Of a stretch of 64,000 bases of DNA, positions 35,480 through 48,391 are shown one piece after another (within the stretch, counting starts at the first letter, position 1; each line of letters starts with the position of its first letter). Made by a program: the position numbers and the translations under genes. Origin of the DNA: Anthoceros angustus (Eukaryota > Plantae > Anthocerotophyta); contig MU008172.1 of NCBI GenBank assembly GCA_010909165.1, forward strand, positions 248,001-312,000, read 5' to 3'. Under the pieces are notes generated by a model. The model ran no database searches. It worked only from the letters and a program-made list of their open reading frames with translations, and was not told the DNA's origin.

Positions 35480-37520
35480 CAAATGCTCATCCCGCGGGAT
35501 GCTGGGCTAGCTGGGCAGGCAGGCAAGAAGCGGGTGGCGACGGCAATTGAAGAGTAAGAGGAGCCTCCGCGGCGGAGAAGGGGAAGGAGGGAGGGGGGAA
35601 GGAGAGCAGAGGACAGCAGAGGAGAGCAAAGCGAAGAGTAATAAGCGAGGAAGGAAAAGAGGAGGAGGAAGAGAGGAGCACAAGACTGTGACACAGACAC
35701 AGCAGCAACAGGCTGCACAGCACGGACTCGCAAGGACAAGGCAGAGACAGGCCGGGCCGGGGCTGCTGAGCTTGCCCTCGCCTCGCCTCGCCTCGCCTCG
35801 GCCTGGGCCTCGCGCTCGCCCTCGCCCTCGCCCTCGCCCTGGCCCTGGCCCTGGCCTTGGCCCTGGTCGGGGGCCCTGGGCTTTTGCCTGGACCTTTGCC
35901 CTGGGTTGGTTGGGCTTGCGGCTGGCTGGCGGGCTCCTGGCTGGCTGGCTGGCGGGCTGGCTGGCGGGCTGGCTGGCGGGCTGGCGGGCTGGCTGGCAGA
36001 AGAGAGCGCCAGGGGAAGGCTTGGCTGGTGATGAAGAGAGAAGAAGCAGCAGCAGAGACAGAGACAGAGGCAGAGGAGGCCCAGGCCAAGCCTCCCAGGC
36101 GGGCGGAGGCGAACGGCGAACGCGGAGTCAGGTCAGGTCAGGTCAGGTGGGAGTCAGGTCAGGTCAGGTCAGGTCAGGTCAGGTCAGGTGGGACTGGGAG
36201 GAGCAATCGGACCTTCACTCCTACACAACAATGTCATCACATAACACATGGTCTAGTCCACACATCGCACATATTACACATAGAGTATGTGTATGCGGAA
36301 GGGAAGGGAAGGGAAGGAAGGGAAGGCCTGTGCCTCCTCCCCTCCTCCCCTCCCCTCCCTCAGGAGTTAGAGAGAAAGAATGTAAAAGGGGAAAAAACCG
36401 GGGTTGGCAACTTGGCACCGGCGACTATTCCATTTCTATGCTTTTCCTCGCGGAGCGGTCCCGGTCCCGGTACCGGTCCCGGTCCCGGTACCAGTCCCGG
36501 CCCCAGCCTGCCTGCCTGTCTCCTGCGGCCGGGGCAGCCGGACCTCCCGCCTCCAGCCAGGCTCGGGGCCGGGCCTAGGGCGGCCTGGCAGGCAGGCAAC
36601 AGCAACAACAACAACAACAGCAACAGGGGGTAATGAGCTCACACACTTCAGTAGGGAGCCTGCGCACCGGCACCGGCACCGGCACCGGCACCCACTCCGG
36701 CTCCGGCTCCGGCTCCGGCACCGGCACCAGCCCGGGCCGGGCTGGTTCCCAACACCCAAAACCGCAGTCGCAGGGCTGTGGCAGTGGCATCGGCGTTGGC
36801 GATCGGCCAAGGGCATGATTGGGCGATTCGGGTCCCTCGCCCGCCCTCCTTGTGTTGTACTTCTTGTTGTTGTTGCCCATTTGCCTTGTGCAATTTTTAT
36901 AACGTATGTTATGCAGTTGCAGCTGAGGCAGGGAGGGAGTCTGGAAGGGCTGCACGGTGTACCTCAAGCAGGCAGCCACGCAGCCACGCACCCATCCACA
37001 CTCATCCGTCCTGCCCTGCACTAATCTGGTGTGTAATCCGCATCCGCCATGCTACACTAACTTGGGAGCAGCGCACAGCTTACGGCCATGTGATGGTCCG
37101 GAGGCAGGGCCAGGCCCCAGCTCCGGCCCCGCTGGAACCAGGACGCTGGAAGCTGGAAGCTGGAAGCTGCAAGCGCAGCAGCTGTGCATCTGCCACCACT
37201 TCCAACGGAAGGAGGAAGGAGACGGACGTCACACTCCTCCTCTCTTTCAAACCGTGCTTGCAAGGAGTACCCGCCTGCAGCCTGCAGCCTCCAGTCTCCT
37301 GCCTCACGGCTTCTGCCTACCTGCCTCTGCCTCTGCCTCTGCCTCTCCCTCTGCCTCTTCCTCTGCCGCTTCCTCTGCCTCTCCCTCTGCGTCTGCACCT
37401 GCCCAGCTGTTCCCGCCCCACTCCGTCCCGCCCCCGCTCCGGGCCTTCAACACACGTCTCTCATCCGCCACCGCCCGCGCCCGCGCCCCCGGCCCAAGCC
37501 CCCACACAGTATTCTACTCC
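35480..37520. repeat. GC-rich island of many different short tandem repeats upstream of RAPTOR
   Basis: (CTCGC)n, (CCCTCG/CCCTGG)n, (GGCT)n, (GGTCA)n, (GGGAA)n, (CCCGGT)n, (CCGGCA/CCGGCT)n, (CAA)n, (GGAAGCT)n, (CCTCTG)n. Confidence 0.9.
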
Positions 37521-38787
37521 ACGTGCTCCCTTTAACTTCAACTTTCCACGTTATGTATGGACATATATATATCTTAAAAGCATATCTTACATACGTTGGC
37601 ATAAACTCTAAGCTAAGCTCCTTCTATGTGCCCTTCACTTCTAACCAGTATCACATATTCATATGCTTCGCAAGTTTATAATCCAAGTACTTTCTACTAG
37701 GTCTCTACTATGGCCTGTGATATCACGATACCAAATCTATCCAATCCTATTACCTAAAGATTTAAAATATTTTCAAAATCAATTTCTCATTATATGTCAC
37801 CCGAGACTTTCTTGCACTCCACCCACCATGCTTATGGACCTGTGTACATACAACCTTCCTCCAAGCCTAAAAACTCCTAATCGTACAACTTACCCATAAG
37901 TAGAGTAGTAACCTCCAACCCACTTCACCTCAACTTATTTTATATGATTGGCAAAAGATGCACATACAAAGTCACATTCTACTATTATTGCTTCCTTTCC
38001 CTGGTTTTGGGAATTATGTCATCTTTTCAATGTCCACGTGTCGGACCATACTTCGGCTCTTGGTATCCAAGATACACATGGGCACAACACAAGATGAAAA
38101 AACAAAGCACTTACTTAAAACCTCCATAGACACAAGAGCACCTTCGGGAAAGGAACATGATTTTAGAGGCAAAGTGTTTATGTTAAGCAAACCAGGGTAT
38201 AGACATGTGGTAGATCACAAAATCTTACAACCAAGAGTTTGCAACAATACCTAAGCTAAGTTTTAAGTTTGAATTTCGATTAGATTCGGCCAAGTCAATT
38301 GATCAGTATTGTTCCACACTAGGTAGTTGGCTTGGAATAGTATGGAATATTCCATCATGTATTACTTCACAAACTCACAACACCTATACACTAGGTACTC
38401 ATGTTGCTACATGGATCATTAATGTCACTTCTCAATCAATAGGGTAAAGATTTGGAACATCCTCAAGATCAACACTCTCATTACGTGCCTCTCTCTTCTC
38501 TTCTCTCCAAATAAACCCACGCACTTGAGCACACGTCTTCCGGACCTACCCTCTCCTCCAAACCCAGCGGCCCGTGTCCGTCCTACTTGCCCAAAGGCAA
38601 TACCCACCCACCTCACCCACTTCACGTACAACACATTGAAACCCACGCTCCGGGAGAGAAAAGCAGGCGTGAACCTGCATACGGCACATAGAAGCTAGAG
38701 AGAGTGACCTAGACTGCGTCTGACCCACCCAACACGCGGAGCACAAGAAACACACATGTGAGGAGGACACATAAACGGACAGTTGCT

Positions 38788-39550
38788 CTAAAGCAAGCGA
38801 AGGGCTAAAGCAAGCGAAGGGACGAATAAGCATCGGACGAATAAGCATCGGACATATGCACCAGAGCAAGTGATGGCGTCAGGAAGGGCTAAAGCAAGCG
38901 AAGGGACGAATAAGCATCGGACATATGCACCAGAGCAAGTGATGGCGTCAGGATCGTCAGAATCTTAACAGCTCTATAGGTTCCAGGACTATGAAACGCA
39001 CAAATGACCTCAAGCATGTGATGCCGGACATATGCACCATTGCAAGTGACAGCGTCAGACTGTTAACAGCTATACGTTACACGACTACGAAACGCACTAA
39101 TGAACTAAATCATGTGACGCAGGAGTGCCAGAGAAAGGACGAATGGACGAACATGTGCACTAAAGCAAGTGGTGGCGTCGGGATTGTCAGAATCTTAACA
39201 GGTATACGTTACATGACTATAAAATGCACAAATGAACTGACGCAAGTGACGCCGGAGCCGGACTAAGGCAAGTGACGCCAGACGAGAGCAAATGATGCCG
39301 GACGAGAGCAAGTCATGTGACGCCAGAGCAAGCCGAAGGACGAATGGACGAACATGCGGACTAAAGCAAGTGCGGGTATCAGGATTGTCAGAATCTTAAT
39401 AGGTATACGTTACATGACTATAAAACACACAAATGACCTAACGCAAGTAAAGTTGGAGCCGGACGAAGGCAAGTGACGCCGGACGGGAGCAAGCGATGCC
39501 GGACGCGAGCAAGTGACGACATCACGGTAAGGAATCGTGGGAATCTTAAC
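38788..39550. repeat. Hierarchical degenerate repeat array (~55-bp core x4-5 with spacers made of short submotifs)
   Basis: Core GTCAGAATCTTAACAG(G/C)TATACGTTACATGACTATAAAA..CACAAATGA near 38961, 39059, 39191, 39392 and a partial copy at 39542. Spacers are built from GCAAGTGACGCC(G/A)GAC and GGACGAAT units. Confidence 0.85.
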
Positions 39551-39799
39551 TATAACCTCTGCCGGCACGGCTATGAGCTATGAGGGTGTTGATTGCCGCC
39601 GGTGCATATTAGGACAGACAATTAATGTACATATATAACCAAGGGTAGGGTTATGTATGTATTTGCGTGTTAGTACGGGGCGTAGTTGTAATCATGGTGG
39701 GCTTACCTGGAACAGCTGGCCGTGGCGGCGAGGTGTAGGAAACGGTACAAGGCGAGTTGCAAGGAGGGGAACATGTAGGTTATCCGAAGGCGCAAGTAG

Positions 39800-41030
39800 G
39801 CACGGTGGCCGATGCGGGCTGCGGGCTGCGGGCTGCGGGCGAGCATGGCGAGCAGGGCAAGCGAAGCGACAGGGGCAGAGATAGAGGTGGCGGTGTTGTG
39901 TTTTCCTGTCGAAGTATGGAATGTAATTTTTTGTATGTTAGGGCGGGTGACAGCGGGGGAACAGTTGGCGGGCTGTACTTCACCTACCTGCTGGCTGCTG
40001 GCTGCTGGCTGCTGGCCCGGCCTGGCGGGGGCGCCAAACCGGGGGTGGGCCGGGTACATGTCGGAGCTCAGGGCGCGGGCCGCCCGCTTGCCACCCTCTG
40101 CACCGACACGTGCAATCATCCTTTACAGCTCGGGCTCACGTCGCCGTACGCAGCGTTGCCATAAACCCGCAAAGCCCCAAGCCCGAGTATCGCATCGTAT
40201 CGTATCGTATCGGGGCCTCAAGGCGTCCACACAACCATATGCAAGTCACCGCTCCCAACACGGGACACGGGCGGGTACGGCCCCGGTAGCCCCGGTAGCC
40301 CCGGTGGCCCCGGTGGCCCCGGTGGTCCGGTGGCCGCGCCCGCCGGTCATCGCTCATCCACGCCACCTGGGCGGCGCCTCCACAGACAGCGCCGCGACAC
40401 CCACCCCGTTACGCGCCTGCCGTGCGTCGCCGTTCCGTTCCTCCCGACGCGTCCCCGACGTGTCACGATGCCTGAGGCCGCCATGCCCACATGATGCACA
40501 TCACGGCGCCCCGCTCGTATCATGCGCCACGCTCTTAACACGATCACCGCTCCTGCTACGTCTCTCCATGATCCATCCGCACCAGATTCCTTGCTCCGTC
40601 CTTCGCTTCCGTCCCCCCCTTTGCTTTGCTTGCTTCCTTGCCATGAGACGACTCCCTTCATCCATCACGAGACGCTGTTGCTCCTCCTCCCGAGTCCCGC
40701 GCTGGCTGCCCTGGCTGCCCTGCCTGCCCTGGCTCCTGGCTGGGGCTAGGGAAAGGGGAAGGGAATGATCCCGGAGGAGGAACCGTGGGACAGCAAAGGA
40801 CAAGGACAGAGGCGGGCGGGGGCATGGCCATGGCAAACCCTAGCCAGCCCTAGCGCTGCTCCACCAATGGCGCCCGTGCTTCTACGTGAGGTAGAGCGGG
40901 CTCGCTCGCCCCGGATATGGCATTCAATTTGGCCCCAGCACTCGGAGCCGACTAGACTAGGTCTGAGTGGAATGGATATTTTTGCAGGCGCAGGAGCAGG
41001 AGCAGGCGCAGGCGCAGGCGCGTGGGCCCT
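39800..41030. repeat. Second GC-rich microsatellite island
   Basis: (GCGGGCT)n, (GCTGGCT)n, (CGTAT)n, (CCCCGGT(A/G)G)n, (GCCCTGGCT)n, (GCAGG(A/C))n. Confidence 0.8.
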
Positions 41031-41435
41031 CCTCAGCGCGCTGCGCTTGCCACAATCGCGCGCCTCTTCTGCAGCCCCGCCATTGGCGTAGCGCGCTTCA
41101 ATCCTCCGCACTCCAGACGAGCCCCCGCCACACGGACACAAGATGCATCAAAAATGCCTCCTTTCAGATACACCCAGCACAAGCCCTGCCAGATTTGCTG
41201 CCATCACCCAAATATTCCGACTATTGCACCTGACAAATTGGCCGAGGCGTGCCGGGCATGCGCCTGCGGCCTGCCCCGCCTCTGGCCATGGAGGGACTCG
41301 CTTCGCCCCGGCGCCACACTAGGGCAAATGGATATGAATTAATATGGACGAATGGATGGTCGAATACACTTGAATAGACTGTGCCTGTTGCTATCAATAG
41401 CATGCGAGCCTGTGTGATGTTCTTCTTGTAGGGAA

Positions 41436-44400
41436 TCATGCCGCTACACTCTGTTCCGATTCTCCCAGCTCTAGGGGCAACGACACCATGACAGCACCCG
41501 AATTGTGCACAGGAGGACGGGGGCCCAACTTCCCGCCCAAGTACTTGTGGAACAGCTTCTCCACTCTCCAGAACCAGTCCAGCTTGTTCTGGGGCCGCTC
41601 CAGCCAGTGGCCCTGTTCACCCACACCATGTTAGATCCCAACAAACACGCTGCTGCTTTGTGCTTGCGTTGCTGCAGCTTGCCAGATTAGCACTCACCTC
41701 ATCCTTGTAGATCAGGTACTCCACTTGCTTGCCTGCAGCCTTCAGGGCCTGCAAACCAACAGCATCCATCAGTCAGCCCAAATGTATGGATCTTTCATTG
41801 CTTTTCACATATGCCGCCCCTTTTCACCCCTCTAATCACCTCATACTCCTGAACACTTTCCCCTGGGTTCACCACGATGTCATTGGCTCCATGTGCCATG
41901 ATCAGTGGCACGCGAACGTTTTGGGCCTGAGCAGGGCAAATATGTTATGTCAATACCATATGCATGCACCTTCTCACTCCAGCAAGCCAGGATTCCGGCT
42001 AGTGTGTCGCAATCTGACATGGAAAACGGGTGATCGACTCTTGTTCAGCTCATGGTCCTTGCTCAGGTCCACGACACGGTCGTTCAGTAACTTCCGCTTC
42101 GGTTTCCTACACCCACGACACATCATCAGTGCACACCCGCTGGATCATCCATAGGTAGCAAGAGCTAACCATCCGCACCCACTCACCAGTATGGAACTAT
42201 CTTCGTGGTCACAGTGAAGAGCTGAGAAGGCCCCACCAATTCGGCTGCACATTTGTACAGATCTGGAAACACCGGTATGAACATTGTCACCCAAATTCCC
42301 TCTAGACAACTGCTACCTCACTTTTTAACCTGACCGCTCACCTGGGGTGAAGGTGATTCCAGACAGAGTGCAGAATCCACCGAAGGATATGCCCGTGATT
42401 GCCACACGCTCCTTATCGACGATGCCTTCGCTGATTGCCCACAACACCGAATCTGTTATATCGTTCTGCAACAACAACCACCTCATACAGGATGAGTAGT
42501 GCCCGTCTCACGAGGAAGACAATCAGACCACAAGCGCAGTTCACCCACTACCTGCATGTTTGCTGCCCACTCCTTATCTCCGGCATGTAGAAACTTCTTT
42601 CCAAACCCATCTGACCCTCTGTACTCCACTTGCATGAAGGCTGTTGTTTCAAAGAGTCATCAGCAAGGGTACTGCTCACAGGGTAACGCAGCTACTTCAG
42701 AGGACCAATTTGGATCCACATCTCTTTAAGTAAGAGTAGGAAATCTCACCGTAACCACGGCTGGCAAAGAACTGCGCCTCGGGTTCAAAGCCCCACCAGT
42801 CACGGAACCACGGGCCACCATGAATCCTCAGCACTAGAGGCAAGTTTTTTGGCTACATGCCAACAGTATCGTTCAGTTGTTGTCCCAGGTCATCAGAGTT
42901 ACAAAACTGCTTGAGTCACTTACAACATCATCAACACATTGTGCCTTACCTCAACATCCGCAGGCAATGTAAGATAAATGAGAACATCCAGGCCGTCCCG
43001 AGACTTGACAATCTTTGGATGCATCGACCCAAGCTTATACCTGCCAATGGACACTCAGTACGATGCACAGCTTGCATTCTGCTCAGCAAAATATACAGAG
43101 CACTCACTCATTCAGCTTTGGGTGATGCTGGAAAAGCAAAGACATCGTCTTTGATTCCCTGTCGTAAACATAGCTCTCTCCGCTCTTGTTATCGAACTCA
43201 TATGTTATCACCCACCTGAACCATCGACCGGACTTCAGAACACTGCAACCAATAAGCGTGCCAAGCCAAAGAAGGTAGAAAAACGTTCGACTACCAATCA
43301 CACTTTCACCTGCGATTAGTACGATCTCTACTGGTAATAAGCATTTGCCCACCCTCCCTGTAACTTAGCAAAAAGTTGAAATCCTCCTCAATACTGCATC
43401 AGTCGACACACAATCATGAGCCAGATAGGTCCTTGCCATAGACGACCTGCTTCCAGAGCAGTTGCAACATCTGGCTATGTGAGAATATTTCCAAAATGTC
43501 TCAAGCGATAGGGCCCTGATGTCAAAAACTTCTGGAGGCGCACATCCTTACCTTGAATCTAAAACCTTCCACTCAAGACGATCGTAATAAAAACCCACAG
43601 CTTGATATTCCTTGGTTTTAAAATCCATCAAAAGCACCTTTGACAGGTCTTTTTTGATGCCAGTGATATCACATTTCGGGTGTGAAGCAATTTCTTTGAT
43701 TATGGTACCATCATCGGTGCTAATCTGCAACACCGATACATCACAAATGTTGCCCACAATCTCAGTCTGTGACGAACAGAAAGAAACCCTATCTCAGTGA
43801 AGCCTGAGGAGAAGGATTGTACAAGCAGCAGGCGTGTTGTTGGGCTGTCCAAAGATGACAGAATATACAGTTGATTTGGCTCCTTGAAGCCCACCTGCAG
43901 AACATACCGAGTAACAAAAATCAATATTCATCCCAGTACGGTTTCATGACCTCATGTCTCTATAACTTGCATGGAGCAAACCAAAATTCTTACCAGGCCA
44001 CCGTCATCTTGAGATGTCCAGCTCAACACGTCCCTCCAAGGCGAGTCTGCTGTATCCCTGACGCGAATTGTATGGCCGCCATCGCTGTGAAATGCCAGAG
44101 CTCCTCGAATCACACCATTACTGTCGCTCAACCATTCCGATACGTCACCAGGATTCTGGATGACAAGAAAATCTTCTCCTGTCTTTATATTGATCCGGTG
44201 CTGCAACCATCCGGAAAGAATTGGCATACTTCAGCTTGCGCGCAATACATGCATTCGCATCACACGACTTCCAGCGCGTCCCCATTCACTGAGGACAGCA
44301 ACGCAACACAAGGAAGTCATGCAAGAGCTTCGCACCACATCAAAATCTTCTTTGGATCGGAGGTTGATGTAAAAGTAGAGTTCATAGGGGCGAGCTCCAC

Positions 44401-45177
44401 TTATGGCACTGGGAATCAATCTGGTGTGCACGTTCTCAAAGGGAGTAAGATCCCGTATGTTCCCAGTGGCCAGTTCAACCGCATAATGGTGCCAGTCCTC
44501 ATCACCTGTCCATTACAGATCAATTTGCTTGGAACTTGAGGGTAACGGGAATGACCCCCGACGAAGGGCAATGCGGGGAAAGAGAGCTGCATAGGGCAAG
44601 GCGCTGATGCTCTTCAATACCTCCGTCATCTTGCTTGTATATAATGTACTCTGAAGAGGGGCTCCATATGAACCAGCGAACCTTCATAGAGATCAGCTCA
44701 GAGAACTCAGCTCACTGGGAACAGAAACAGCAGATGCACGGGTCACGTAAATTCCGGTTTGAGCAGCAATACCCCTCGATGAGTTTCCTTGGTGACTTGC
44801 TTAGCTTCATCTTCTCCGCTTTCCAGAGGTCGGACAAACTGCGTGACAAGGACGACATTGTCACAACAGACATGGCCACTACAGCTGCTTGGCAAAACGA
44901 ATTCCTGGCAGCCCGTCACATCTCGTCTTTCACGAGCAGAAGTACGCACCACATTCAAAACATCATCGGGAGAAGGTGCAAGGTATGCCAACAGCTTGCC
45001 ATCCGAGGACAATCTGGGCTGCTCCTTCTGGTACCCAAAAATCACCTCAGCAGGCAGCAGATTTTCTACAACTCCTGGAAAGGAAGAGGAGAACGGAGTC
45101 AGAGGGATTAGTCCAACTTCCAAGCCGAAACTGGATCCATCAGCTCAATTACCTTTCACATCTGCAGCAACCGTCAT
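41436..45177 (-). CDS. S9 family (prolyl oligopeptidase / acylaminoacyl peptidase) serine peptidase of bacterial type, about 20 short exons
   Basis: MTVAADVK|[90 protein letters not shown]. The catalytic triad is intact: GISFGG (Ser), HGAND (Asp), KDE|GH (His). Confidence 0.9.
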
Positions 45178-45745
45178 GATTCCACACCGGCCGCCGGGTG
45201 GGTACAATGCCCACCAACCTGAGCCAAGAGCAGCTGGTTGCAGCTACAAAGATGGCTGCAGAAACGTAAAGTGAGAATGCAGCAGCAGACCTAGATTGCA
45301 CAGGAGCCCAATACAATGTGGAGTTTATATCGTAGTGTGGAGCAGGCGGCTCACATTCTGCCACCCCCTTGGCCAGCGTTGCGTGTCACATAAAGATTCG
45401 GGAGGTACCGGTACACAGTCCTTCAACCACAACACTGATTGGTGCCGAAAGTACGATGCTTGTCATGAATTTTGCGAGCAAAATAGACACATTCCAGAAA
45501 GTCAGTTTCACACATTTCTTCAGGGCCGTCGGCTTGGCCGCTCGAAATTACAAGCGAACTATTGAACTTTGTCCTGTGATCCCGCATTTTGAGACAACAA
45601 ACATCCAACAAAGCAAGGCTTGGGCCACGGCCAGTGGCCCGGTAGGTACGTATTAGAGGACGCAAGGCAGGAAGGGGAAAAATACTGGAAAAGGATGAGT
45701 GCCGGTTGCAGACATGTGCATTCATGTATTGCTGGCACTGCTTCT

Positions 45746-47952
45746 TTAATCCACCGACGTTTCCTCTGACTCCAGAGCAGACAGTCCCACCGGATCCGCA
45801 CGGGACCTGTCAACTTGAGCCACACTAAACCTTTCTAAGAAAAGCTGGATCACACGCCAGTATCGGTCTCCTCCTCTGAGCCACGTATCCATGTGCATTC
45901 CAGTGGGAAATTCTATGAAAGTGCGATTGATGCTCTGATTTGCTGCCTCGTAGAGTCTCCTCATGTGTACAGGAGGAACCATTTCATCCCTCATTCCTGA
46001 GAGAAACAGGATTGGTTCTCTTATCTGCCATAAGAACCCACCACACTTAGTTTTTGCTTCTAAAACCAGGGGATGTCACCAGTCATGAAGGGTCTCGGTG
46101 AACGTACCTCTGTAATGACATCAACTGTGGACCACGGCGATCGGACTAGAGGATTAAGCAATTTCGGCCCTCGGCTGCCGGTTCGCCCAACGAACCATTT
46201 CAAGTAAGGCATGATCACACCAGCCATATCCAACACTGACGTAAATGTGTTTTCCAAAATGATACCAGATACCTACAAGCAACAACCGTTTTTTGAATGG
46301 CTACCAAGGTAATCTGTGCACGCAATAAATTGAAGTCTCAAAATTTTAAATTCAACAAAAGCACTGCACTGACAAATTTACCTTGCCAGGATTGTTCTTG
46401 ACAAGTGTTGCACCAACTGCTCCGCCGAGAGACCTTCCGAAGACAAAAATGCTTCTTGTATCGATGTCGCTCCTCTGCAATAAATGGTTCAATGCAGCCT
46501 GAAAAATATGTGCGTCAGCATCATTCCAGGTTTCACCACTAACGCTGGAACACCAGAACAGACGAAGGCTGCAGTGCAGCCATTACCTCTGCATCTTGTG
46601 TAAGACCAGTTTGTGATGGCTGTCCATCGCTCGCACCATAACTACACAAACAGTCAATCGTTTGCAATGATGCTCCAAGATGGTTGACAATTCCATACAT
46701 CAAGAAGAAGAAGAAGTGGAGTTTGAGGCCAATGACCAGAATCTAGTTGGCACACATACCCCCGGTACGAAAGCAGCAAAACGTTACACTTGAGGCGTCC
46801 CAGCATATGCTCCACAAATTCAAGCCGATGAGCAATGTCTGTACAGCTTCCGTGAAAGTCTTGCTTCCACCAAAATCCTTAGGATCCAGCAAAACAAAGA
46901 ACCAAGCTGAAAGGACTAAGAACTGTATATTATCAAGGATACTGCCAGCGTTCTCCTGAAAGAAGAGAATGGTTGGACCTGCAACGGACAACAATGTGTG
47001 AGCTCAAAACATAGAACGGACAAGAGCACAGAATTCAAGTAGCTGACGCACATCCAAGAACAGAGGCCCTGTACATGAGCTCCTGACATCAATGCTGTTG
47101 CTACAAGAAGCACCAATGAAGCCAGTTGCCAGTACAGTTCCGAGGTACGGAAAGCGCATTTGCCTGGTTTTCAAAAGACTCACAGCAAACACCAACTTCC
47201 ACACAAATCCATACAATCCTAGGATAGTTAGAAACTAGAGCTGGGAAAGATGACCCTCCCTCGGGCGTAAGTCTAACAGTATACAGCATGGTTACCTGCA
47301 TATCACGCGGAGGTCATGCAGTCAAACAGGAGTAGACTAACGGTGCAGTGGGATGGAGAGCGCACTCCTGGACAGAGAGTCTTGAAGTTCAAAGGCTCCA
47401 TCGTCGTGTGCAACGGCAGCTGCACACGACGCCTTCCCCCTTGCGGTGGGATCATCTGCACTGGTGTGGGATTTCCAGGCAGGCACCGAGTTTGAGCTGC
47501 TGGCATTCTGGTTTGATGCCAGCAACCAATGGCTTTCTGTGGAACACAGTCATTTCTGTATTCTCAGGCTCCGGCTGAGAGAAGGCAGCAAAATTCAAGA
47601 CGCCAGCAGCAGCAACAGGACGAGCAGGAGGTGAAATTTCAGGGCCTTGGGGCAAAGAGAGGAGGTAGCAAATTGGCGATCACAAACAACCGGGAAAGGA
47701 CCGGATCCTGTGCAGCTCACCCCGGGCGCCGCTCTTGATAAACCAGCAGTGCAGCCGCACCCCATCAGCGGCGAACAGCCACACGTCCTCGTACTGCAAA
47801 CTGAAGCGCGCAGGAGTAATGGAATACCCCTTGCTCAGCCCCGGGATCACAGGTACATACACCAGTTTCTCCTGGAAGGTCACCAGGAGAACCATGCAGG
47901 TGCACAGGAGTCCCCCCAACCCATACAGCAGCGTGTTCAACCAATTCACCAT
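45746..47952 (-). CDS. WAV2: BEM46/ABHD13-family alpha/beta hydrolase (WAVY GROWTH 2-like)
   Basis: FQEKLVYVPVIPGLSKGYSITPAR, GPTILFFQENAG|NIAHRLE, VFGRSLGGAV, LENTFTSVLDMAG, DEMVPPVHM, FPTGMHMDTW. Confidence 0.94.
46839..46942 (-). other. Candidate U12-type (minor spliceosome) GT-AG intron in WAV2
   Basis: The 5' splice site GTATCCTTG matches the U12 consensus RTATCCTT. A branch-like CTTTCAC lies ~13 nt before the CAG acceptor. Splicing joins ENAG-N-IAHRLE in frame. Confidence 0.6.
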
Positions 47953-48391
47953 GTTCCTGCCCTGTTGCGAGCTCACCCGATGGCAGGCTCTAGTGTGCCC
48001 TGCCCTCTCAACCTGCTCCCTGACTGTATGTGCGCCCTTTAAGTAAAGCCGTGAACGTACTGTAGGGAGCTCCTAGGGTGGATATTTCTGGGCTTCATCT
48101 TAGGCGAGCTTTGGTGTGACGTGATGTATTGTGTGGTTTTTGTTAGCATCTTCACGACGCAGCGGCAGGGATTACGGGATAGCAGTTCTCACTTGGCTCG
48201 ATTGGCCGAAAGCAAAGCTCGAGCGAGAATTGTCTTTCAGGCGACTCGACCCAAGTCCGAAACGAAAACGATCCCCAGCTGCAATGAATTGCACAATCTT
48301 ACAAGAGATAACTTGACAACAAGGCCATCAACGTACCACAGGCTGGACGATCCAGCCAAGTCCTACCCACAATTCTAGACTATCAGCAGTC

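Noticed and set aside
35487-37681. Long ORFs (e.g. 35547-36578, 36778-37611, 36404-37024)
   Set aside because: They are translations of microsatellites (PRPR, GTGT, LPLP), open in several frames, with no domain signal.
38788-39550. CRISPR-like repeat-spacer array, or coding ORF 38991-39266
   Set aside because: The spacers are self-similar and of very unequal length, the repeats are degenerate, there are no cas genes and the context is eukaryotic. The ORF is a by-product of the repeat.
39701-39760. CTTACCTGG resembling the U1 snRNA 5' end
   Set aside because: No following stem-loops or Sm site.
40647-40776. Segments resembling the miR319/159 precursor inner stem
   Set aside because: No mature TTGGACTGAAGGGAGCTCC-like sequence and no extended hairpin.
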